Origin: Camelus ferus
Taxonomy: Eukaryota
Assembly (NCBI RefSeq): GCF_009834535.1
Contig: NC_045696.1
Coordinates: 32,614,001-32,678,000 of the forward strand
DNA length: 64,000 nucleotides
Direction of reading: 5' to 3'
A program made the translations under genes and the position numbers. Shown here piece by piece: positions 13,803-23,260 of the stretch. Each line of letters opens with the position of its first letter. Position 1 is the stretch's first letter. The notes below the pieces were generated by a model. It was given only the letters and a program-made list of their open reading frames with translations. It was not told the origin of the DNA and did no database searches.

Positions 13803-15243
13803 GAAAGAGATAATATATTTATGCTTAAGCTTTTGTTTAAAGATAGGGGTATAAGTAATCTGTGACTAGAAATGCAAAAAGAGAACATAGAGTAATACAA
13901 GTTATTCTGTGATTAGGAAGATTTTTTTGTGTTTTCATAAACAAGATATATTAAAAAAATGTTTTACTCATGAAATGCAGTGACAAAGAGCCTAGCCTTT
14001 AAATTCTGTTGCATTTGAAATATTATAACCTCAGGCTGTGGGTTCATACATTAGCCATGCTTAAAGTATGCTTGTTACTACTTGGCACCGTCAATTTTAA
14101 TGCAGCTTTTGTTGGCTTTAAATAGTGAAACAAATAGAAAACAATCAGGCTCTAGTGACTTGGAACCTGGATACTAGCCCAGCTTTCATTTATTAGGACC
14201 CTGGGAAAATAAATTTAAAAGGGAAAAACTTTCAAATCTGCTTTCGGGTTACATTTAACAAGTACTTCTCCCAAGGATTCCCAAGCTTTTTTTACTTCAA
14301 TTTATTCTGCTGGTTGGTAATATAAATTATAGTAGGAACTAATGCATTGCAGGACTGAAGTGTCTGTTCAAATAATTCTTGAGGCTGAATAGAGCAACAG
14401 TATTTATAGATGATTTATAAATCACAGAGACTTCTCTATTAGAGTAGCATCTGTAGCTGGGCATGGAGGTATGTGCCCTAATACTCACCTTTAGAAATCT
14501 TTGTGTTATTTAATAGTATATTCAGTGATCTACTTTGTCCACTGAAAATTATTCTGGGTATTCTAATGTTGTCCAATGGAAGAACGTGGTTAGACTGGCA
14601 AAATATGTAAATACCTTACAGAACTATATTAAATTACTGTATCATTTCCATAGTTCTACCAATATTCGGCATATCTTAATCTTACCGTTTTGTGAGAAGT
14701 CTTTTAGTGAGTGACTTGTGAGGCATTAGTCACACTTGGTAATGTAATTGTAAATGATTAGCTACCATGAAGAGTATTTCATAGTATTCCTGTTAGATGG
14801 GTGAAAAATATAAGAATTCTCCTGTTTTAAACACTGCAGATTCTGGATTATAATTGTCCAATGTAAAATAAAACCAGTAATGAAAATAAATCCTCCATAT
14901 AGTTCTTGAATCTAAGACGAACACTTCCTAGAATAGATCATTTCATTTTACTTACTGATTTCTCTGTTATAGTCTAGTAACTTCTCTTCTCTAGAACTGA
15001 ATTATGTTTATCTTGCTCCAAATTTTAAAAGGTCATATTTAAACACAATGTGTTCTAATTCTCTCTTTTAATAAAACTACTAAACAAATGTATTATCTCT
15101 TCAGTGGTGAGGTCTTCAGAAAGATTACCTTTCTTTTTTTTTTTTTTGACCAGGAAGCTCTGGTAAATGCAAAAAAAAAAATCCCATTTCTGTGAGAGAA
15201 TTTTGTACGTTGTTAAAGCAAATTTAAAATATGAGAGTAATTT

Positions 15244-15902
15244 TGATACACGAAAAATGAATGTGGGATGAGAGGAGGGCTGTGTCCCAGGTCTCGGTTG
15301 AGCACCTGAGGCATGCCCTGCCAATTGTGGGTCCTTGGCTTCACGCTGAAAAGAATTCAGGCGAGCCACAGTTGAGTAAAGATAGATTTATTTAGAGAGA
15401 TACATACTACATAGAATGTAGGCTGTTTCAGAAGGCGAAAGAAAGGCCATGAGTTGTAGGGGTTGGGTGCTTAGGTTTAAGTAAAAGTAGGTACATACTC
15501 CATAGGCAGAATGCAGGCCATCTCTGAAGATGAGGCAGCAAGAGAGGCCATGAAGTGCTATGTTGCTAGTTTTTATGGGCTTGGTAGCTTTACATGCCAA
15601 CAAGTGGGAGGACCATTCCAACTACCCTGAGGAAGGGGCTGGGATGCCCAGGAATTGGGACAGTGCTCACTCTTTGACTTCTGTGGTTAGCCTTGGAACT
15701 GTCATGGCGCCTGTGGACATGTTATTAATCATGCTGATATATTACAATGAGCACATAATGAAGCTCAAGTTCTACTAGAAGTTAAATCTCCTGCCATCTT
15801 GAGCCTCAGGGCCTAGTGGGAGTTGAATCTTCCACCATTTTGGTGTAAATTGCTGCAACATTCCTTGAATGGCTATGTCCTTCCCCATTCCCTCCTGTCT
15901 CA
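15244..15902 (-). mobile_element. ERV solo LTR (ERV1-like), 659 bp
   Basis: TG...CA termini; 4-bp TSD ATTT (15240-15243, 15903-15906); on the minus strand CATAAAA TATA-like box precedes AATAAA; GC-rich relative to flanks. Confidence 0.85.
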
Positions 15903-16289
15903 ATTTTATCATGTATATTTGTTTATCCATCACTGAATTATCAACATACCAAGTTATTGCTTGCATTTTTCTTCAACCTAAAGTAAATTTTGCTATTTAA
16001 ATTAATTGCTGTTTGTTTTCTTATGGGAGTATTATTTTATATTTTTGTTTTTGGCATATTTATTTAACTATCTGCAAAATACATAACATTCATTCTTGAC
16101 CCACACATGTCTCTGTGACTCTGTCTTCCTTTTGGTTTATGTATATAGTTTATTACCTTATTTTATGTTTTGACCATCAAGGTCCAATAGAGTAACCACA
16201 CTTGAGGCCCACCTTGATCTGAGTTTGTCACTTAGGACCCAAATGACTAATTTATGAATCAAGGATGCAATATTTTCAGTTAAATTCAG

Positions 16290-18054
16290 ATCATAGGTTC
16301 TGCGTTTAAGGAGCTTGGAAGTCTCTACTACATTTTAACAAGTAAAAAGGTGAACAGCCTAAAAATCAGCACCTTTTCTTGGATCCATAAGCAAAGGGGA
16401 AAACCCAGGGCAAAGTTCTCAAGATTGGAAAGACAGGCACAAATCAGGGAGTCAAGACACACCCAAGCAGAGACTCATAAGTGCAAGCCACCTTGAAAAC
16501 CAGTGCCAGGATAGGAAGACCTGAACTGTAATTGATTTTTTTTCACAATTTTTAGAAACTTTATTTTCCATCAACCTGTTTCCATTTTAAGAGTTTGAAC
16601 TGTAATTGTTGAAATGCTGAATACTTAGTGTGTACACATTTGAGAGTTAAAAAAAAAAAAACCTCCAGGGGCCTCAGCCATAGGGAAGACCTCAAAATAA
16701 TGTAAAGTTTACTCGCAGGAGCTTGACCAGGCTCCCACAGTAAATATCAGAGAAAAATCCCACCAGGCAATCACAGAAAGATACTCCCCATCTCCTCCCT
16801 GCCATCTCCATGGGGGAGGTGAAAAAAACATGTGAAATATACCAGAGCATTTTGTCTTCTCAACAAGGCCTGCCCTCAAGGGAAACTAGTTAACTAGAGC
16901 CAAACCTGCTGGAGTATGATCAGAGCCTAACTGACCTGAAGAAGGGAAATTCCCAACTCCAGCTCACTCTAGCTTTCCTGTACCGTCTAAGCAGGGAGGA
17001 AAAAAAGAAAAAGAAAAAGAAGAGAGAAAAAACAAACCTGAGAAACTCGTGAAGTTTGCAGTCCAGAGGTAAAAAGGATCCCTACTGACTGAGTGACTGA
17101 GACCTAATTATAGGAATGTAGAATGCTTCCCCTCCCGGCACACCTTACCACTAGATGATTATTAAATGCCTTTTTACATTAGTTCCTTTTATGTAGTATG
17201 TTGTGCCTAGCTATTGAGAAAAAAATCACAAGGCATGCCAAGAGCAAAAATTCAGTTTAAAGAGTCAGCAAGTTAATATGCCAAGTGTGCCAGTAGATAA
17301 AGTAAATAGCATGCTGGACCAGATGGTCAGTGGAAGCAGAGTGGAAATGTTAAGAGAGAACCAAAAAGAAATACTAGAGATAAAAATACTAAAATTGAAA
17401 TGAAGAATGATTTTGTTGGGCTTGTTAGTGGACTAGACACAGCTGAGGAAGGAATCTCTGAACTTGAGGAGATCTCAATAAAAATCTCCAAAAATAAAAG
17501 GCAGGGAATTAAGGTTGGGGGAAAAAAAAAACAAAAAACAGAATAGAATTTCCAAGGACTGTGGGACAACTACAAAAGGTGTAACATACACTTAATGGGA
17601 GTACCAAAGAAGGAAGAGAAGAATATTTGAAACAATAACTCAGAATTTCCTCAAATTAATGTCAGACACCAAATCACATATTCAGGAACCTCAGAGAACA
17701 TCAAGCAGGATAAATGCTTAAAAAATACACCTAGAAATATCATTTTTAAACTACCAAAAATCAAAGTTAAAAAAAAAAAATCCTAGGGAAGCCAAAGGGG
17801 AAAAATATCTATTGAGGAACAAAGACAAGAATTATGACATATCCTCAGAAAACATGCACATAAGAAGAGGGTGAAATATTTAAAGTGTTGAGAGAAAATT
17901 CCCACCAATCTAGAATTTTGTACCCTGTATGATTTTCCTTCAAAAGTGAAAGAGAAAGACTTTTTCCAACAAACAAAAATTCAAGGAATTTGTTGCCAGT
18001 AAACCAGCCTTGCATGAATATTAAGAAAAGGTCATTAGAGAGAAGGAAAATATA
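16290..18054 (+). mobile_element. Old L1 (L1MC-type) 5' region and decayed ORF1
   Basis: ORF1-like ...gagtaccaaagaaggaagagaagaatatttgaaac...cagaatttcctcaaattaatgtcagacaccaaatcacatattcaggaacctcagagaacatcaagcaggataaat...tagaattttgtaccctg...ccttcaaaagtgaaagagaaagac; 5' boundary approximate. Confidence 0.8.
16522..16608 (-). pseudogene. 61-bp 5'-truncated polyadenylated retro-insertion (mRNA 3'-end retrocopy candidate) with 13-bp TSD
   Basis: TGAACTGTAATTG at 16522-16534 and 16596-16608; insert on minus strand reads ...ggaaacaggttgatggaaAATAAAgtttctaaaaattgtg-A8; parent gene not recognised. Confidence 0.7.
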
Positions 18055-19287
18055 GTTGTGTCAATTTCTGGTGTACAGCATAATGTTTCAGGCATACATA
18101 TATAGATATGTATTTGTTTACATATTCTTTTTCATTATAGGTTACTATAAGATATTGTATATAGTTTCCTGTGCTATACAGTATAAACTTGTTTATTTTA
18201 TATATATAAATATTTGCAAATCTCAAACTCCCAATTTATTCCTTCCTACCCCCTTTCCCCTGGTAACCCTAAGTTTGTTTTCTAGATCTGTGAGTCTGTT
18301 TCTGATTTGTAGATAAGTTCACTAGTGTCTTTGCCTTTTTTTTTTTTTTTAGATTACACATATGAGTGATATAACATGGTATTTTTCTCTTTCTGGCTTT
18401 ACTTAGAATGATGATCTCCATACAAAATTGTGATTGCCAAGGGGAGGAGGGTGGGAAGGGATAGACTGAGATTTTGAGATTTATAGATACTGACAGGCAT
18501 ATATAGAATAGATAAACAAGTTTATAATGTATAGCACAGGGAAATATATTCAAGATCTTGTAGTAGGTCATGGTGAAAATGAACATGAAAATGAATATAG
18601 GTATATTCATGTATGACTGAAAGATTGTGCTGTACACCAGGAATTGACACAACATTGTAAACTGACTATAAATCAATTTTAAAAAAAGAAAAGATTTTCT
18701 TCAACTCCAAAAAAAAAAAAAATGACGATGAACATGATGATCTCCATGTCCATCCATGTTGCAACATGGCATTCCTTTATTCTTTTTTTGGCTGAATAGT
18801 ATTCCATTGTATAAATATACCACAGTGTCTTTATCCAATCATCTGTTCATGGATCTTTAGGCTTTTTCCATGTTTTGGCTGTTGTATATAGTGCTCCTGT
18901 GAACATTGGGGTGCATGTGTCTTTTTGAATTAGATTCCTTCCAGATATATGCCCAAGAGTGGGATTGCTGGATCATATGGTAAGTCTATTTTTAGTTTTT
19001 TGAGGAATCTCCATACTGTTCTCCATAATGGCTGCACCAAACTACATTCCCACTAGCAGTGTAGGAGGGTTCTCTTTTCCCCACACCCTCTACAGCATTT
19101 ATCGTTTGTGGACTTTTGAATGATGGCCATTCTGACAGGTGTGAGGTGATACCTCATGGTAGTTTTGATTTGCATTTCTCTGATAATTAGCAATATTGAG
19201 CATTTTTTCATGTGCCTATTGGCCATTTGTATGTCTTCATTGGAGAATTGCTTGTTTAGGTCTTCTGCCCATTTTTGGATTGGATTG
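18055..19287 (-). mobile_element. Younger L1 (camelid-like 3' UTR plus ORF2 C-terminus), 5'-truncated, interrupted at 18422-18733
   Basis: Classic antisense ORF2 end (gggattgctggatcatatggtaag...ccattctgacaggtgtgaggtgatacctcatggtagttttgatttgcatttctctgat) and 3' UTR gttgtgtcaatttctggtgtacagcataatg; poly(A) end missing. Confidence 0.9.
18422..18733 (+). mobile_element. Nested L1 3'-UTR fragment with poly(A) and 14-bp TSD
   Basis: ATGATGATCTCCAT at 18408-18421 and 18734-18747; ends ...gctgtacaccaggaattgacacaacattgtaaactgactat plus A-tails. Confidence 0.9.
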
Positions 19288-19613
19288 CAAAAGTGTAAAA
19301 ACTTCTAGAAGATAACATAAGAGAAAACACAAGTGACCTTGGTTTGGGTATGGTAATTCCTTTTTAGATTATAACACCAAAGACATGATCCATTGATTAA
19401 ATAATTGATAAGCTGGACTCCATTGGAAATTAACAGCTTCTCTGTGAAAGACAGTATCAAGAAAATTGAAAGCTAAGCCCTAGACTGAGAGAAATATCTG
19501 CAATGGACATATCTGATAAAGGACCCTAATATAAAATATACAAGAAACCCTTAAACTCAACAGTAAGAGAACAAATAACCCAATTAACAGATGGGCTAAA
19601 GACCTATACAGAC
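19288..19613 (+). mobile_element. Host L1MC1-like ORF2 segment
   Basis: aaaacttctagaagataacatagagaaaac...ataattgataagctggactcc...atatctgataaaggac...acccaattaacagatgggctaaagacc. Confidence 0.85.
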
Positions 19614-20042
19614 TGTTGACTTGAAACCATCAGGAGTTTTCCAGGTGAAATCTGAAATTGGTTGCCTTACCTGGAGGGCAAGAGAGATGAAGAAAAAGGT
19701 AGGCCTCTCCAGATGGGAAGATGCCAGTTTTAATAAACATGGGAACTTACATTTTAGGATTGTTTTGGGTGGCTTCAGCTGAGTAGATTTTTGCATCCAC
19801 CTACCAGAATCTTAAGAGTATATAAAGAAGCTTTAAGGGGGTTCTGTCACATACACAGTCCAGATAGTCTCAGTAAAACATTATTCTCTCAAGGCTACAG
19901 CTTTAAAGCAACTCCTACTATAGGAACAGTGAGTAGAACACACATTCCAAGGGTGGAGGAATGGATAAGAAGCCTCTGATTGCCTGAGTCCAGCATTGGA
20001 GGTCAACCAGAGGTCATGTTCTCTCTATGACCTTCTCCAACA
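19614..20042 (-). mobile_element. ERV solo LTR, 429 bp
   Basis: TGTTG...CAACA termini; 5-bp TSD CAGAC/CAGAT (19609-19613, 20043-20047) splitting contiguous L1 ORF2 sequence; minus-strand order of TATA-like box then ATTAAA sets the orientation. Confidence 0.85.
20000..20033. promoter_or_regulatory. DR5 nuclear-receptor element (RARE consensus) plus third inverted half-site
   Basis: AGGTCA-accag-AGGTCA at 20000-20016; TGACCT at 20028-20033; motif is exact, function untested. Confidence 0.45.
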
Positions 20043-20866
20043 CAGATGCTTCACCAAAGAAAATACACAGATGGCAAATAAGCATATGAAAAGATGGTCT
20101 ACATTGTATGTCATCAGGGAAATGCAAATTAAAACAACAATGAGATACCACTACACACCTATTAGGACAGCCAAAACCCAAGACACTGACAACATCAAAT
20201 GCTGGAGAGGATGTGGAGCAACAAGAATGCTCTCATTTATTGATGGTGGGGATGTGAAATGGTACAGACACTTTGGAAGACAGTTTGATGGTTTCTTCGA
20301 AACTAAACATAGTCTTATCATATAATCCAGCAATTGAACCCTTTGATATTTATCCAAAGGAGTTGAAAACATGTCCATATAAAAGCCTGCACAAAAATTT
20401 TTAAAGCACCTTTATTCATAAGTGACAAAACTTAGAAGGAACCAAGATGTCCTTCAGGAGGTGAATGGGTAGGTAGACTGTGGTACATCCAGAGAATGGA
20501 ATATTATTCATTCTAAAAATCAATGAGCTATCAAACCATGAAAAGTCATGGAGGAAACTTAAATACATATTACTAAGTGAAAGAAGACAGTCTGAAAAAG
20601 CTACATTCTGTTTGATTCCAACTATATGACATTCTGGAAAAGGCAAAACTATGGAGACAATAAAAAGGTCAGTGGTTGCAGGGGTGGGGAGGATGGTGAG
20701 AAATAGTGGCAAAGCACAGAGGATATTTAGGGCAGTGAAAGTACTCCATGTGATATTATAATGATGGATATATGTCATTTTACATTTACCAAGCCCATAG
20801 AATGTACAAACAACAAGTGTGAATGTAAGGTGAACTATGGACTTTGGGTAATTATAGTGTGTCAGT
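20043..20866 (+). mobile_element. Host L1MC1-like ORF2 C-terminus and 3' UTR (3'-truncated)
   Basis: Translates [39 protein letters not shown] (L1 ORF2); UTR aatgagctatcaaaccatgaaaagtcatggagg...gacattctggaaaaggcaaaactatggagac...aactatggactttggg matches recalled L1MC1. Confidence 0.9.
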
Positions 20867-22434
20867 TTCCTTTGTATGTTAATTATAACTTTGTATTGCT
20901 CAGGATTAAATTGGTATATTAGATATTATGGTGTTTTGGGAGAGAGGACAAAATAAATAATTTATATTTAATTTCTAGAAGGGTGCACAAGATTGTCAAG
21001 AGATTAAAAATTACTCTATACAAGAAGTAACTCAATACAGGAAGCTTGTAAAACTCTCAAATCCATATGGTACTTGAAAGGTTAGATATCATCTTAAATT
21101 TGTTTAAATCTACTTAGCACTACAATAATGCTTTGCAATAACTCAAGATAACTGAGCCTTCAACGTGCTTGTCTAGATAGGTGCATATCTTAAATACTAT
21201 TTATTCATGCTAATCTGTATATAATGTACATATCTATCTCTTTGCAAGTCACATTTTTACTCTCCATCCTGCCTTTATGCTTTATCTATGTAACACCGAT
21301 ATTTTAGTTTCCAACTCTCGAGAGATTGCATGATAGTGGAAAACAAATTATCAAAGCAATTGCAATGTTTTCATACCTACAGGAGCTAGAAATCTCTGCT
21401 TTTAAGATTAATTATTAGTTTCAACTCCTGAAATGTAGATAGTGCTACAGGTACTCAATCAAGCTGTTGGAATGTGCTATTTTGAATAATAATGAAAGAC
21501 ATTTTTGTCAAAAGTGTATCTTAATATGTGAAGCTATCAGAAAGATTTATTAAATGTCAATAAAAAAATCATTTAAAAGCAGCAAGGTTGATTAGAGGAT
21601 TTTCCCCCTCTTTGATTAAAAAAACAGTACAAATCTAATCACTATTTACTAAAAAACTCAAATCATAGTACTTGTCACAATATATTTAATATTCCTTAAA
21701 ACCATCTGTAAGTTATTTACTTTGTAAAATAAGTCTGAATGTTGAGAAATTTTAAACATTTACTTTTAAGTACTTGTAGATAGGGTGTTTGAAATATATG
21801 TAAGTTATCGACTCTCTTTTTGTAACATTATTTTAATCATTTTATATTTCATCTAGACTGACACTATGGTAGAAACTTATAAATTTATAAGTGTGACTTT
21901 TTCCACTATACTTTGACATTGTGCTAATTACCAAAGTAAACAAGCAAAAAAACAAAAACTCACACCAGATCAACATTCTGAACGACTTTTTTTTTTTTTT
22001 TTTTTTTCAAATGAGATGCTAGCTGACTTCAGCATTCAGGCTGGACTTTAATCTTGCTCTAGGAACTCTCACTGACCTCAGAATTTCCCATAAAAATGAA
22101 ACTAGATTAGGGACCTATAATTTGAAGCAGTCCTGAAATTTACCTAAAGATAAGCACCCTTTTTCTGCCTCTTCTAGAATACTAACAGTTCTGGAATTTC
22201 CAGAATCAATACTCTTTTGAAGTTTCTTAGACAACATTTATTTCTCCATTTTGTGTCACTTAAGTGCTCTATCTGCATATTCCATTGTAAAATATTTAAT
22301 ATCCCACATAGGGAGCAAAATTTCATGAGTTTAAATAATTTAGTTTGAAAAAAGAGCTCTAAGTATAGTGAAAATATTGCTCTAGTCATTAGAAAACTTG
22401 AAAGCTAGCACTGGTTATGTGTCTATTTAATTGA

Positions 22435-22570
22435 TCATCTTTCAAAATATATTTATTGACATAAATATGTATTATTAGTATGTGCGAAACTTTCTGTTCT
22501 AGGCACTGATGATTCAGTAGAAAAAATAATTTAAAAAATTCCAGCATTTAATGAGTTTACATCCTAGCAA
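22435..22570 (-). mobile_element. L2 3' end
   Basis: ttcaaaatatatttattga...ctgttctaggcactgatgattcagtag...atgagtttacatcctag. Confidence 0.6.
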
Positions 22571-23119
22571 TTATCTTGTGGAAATTGCTTAATTTCCATA
22601 TTTATATGTATCTATCTCTCATGCATGCATATACTTAAGTAGATGGGTAGATATAAATAGATATTTTAATCCAAAGACATTATAAATATATCCTGAGGAC
22701 CTCAATAATATGCAAGGAAATGCTCATTTTATTGTTGATTTTTACTAATCAAATCATTTCTAACACTTTAGAGTCATACTGAACTTCCGATTTCAAGTGC
22801 TAAGTTGCATGATGTGAAACTATTGTTTTCAGTTTTGCTGTTGTGTATCCTACAATAGCAATGACCTTTCTTTACTGTCATACTGAGTTTAAGGCAGACA
22901 CCTGATTTGTTATCCACCTTAGGATTCTTTTTGGCAGTGTAACCTATTCATTTTCTTTTATCCTTTGAGTCCCTATCTTTTAGAATTACTTGCTATAAAA
23001 GTTGTATTTGTTACAGAGCAAAGGTTAGCAATTACTCTGACTTGAGGCCACTATTAGGACTTGAATATCTTTTAAGGGCTGAATTATAACATTACATTGT
23101 AGTTGGAATTAAAGTCTTT

Positions 23120-23260
23120 TCACCTGGGATGGGTCTTAAAGATCATCTAGTACTATCCTGTGATTTCACAGTGTTTAACCATCGAGCACAAGGTCACACA
23201 GACCGTTGGTAGCAGAGCTGGAACCAAGTCCAGAGTCCAGAGTTCTTTCTACTATCTTCC
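23120..23260 (-). mobile_element. MIR (MIR3/MIRc-like)
   Basis: ctgggatgggtcttaaagatcatctagt...caaggtcacacagaccgttggtagcagagctggaac...ccagagttctttctacta. Confidence 0.7.

Noticed and set aside
15134..15181. T14-accag-gaagct-ctggt-A11 terminator-like hairpin
   Set aside because: Only a 5-bp specific stem; intrinsic terminators are not relevant to mammalian Pol II DNA; no TSD found
19996..20325. 109-aa ORF spanning the LTR/L1 junction
   Set aside because: Non-ATG start inside an antisense LTR running into decayed L1 ORF2; a repeat remnant, not a gene
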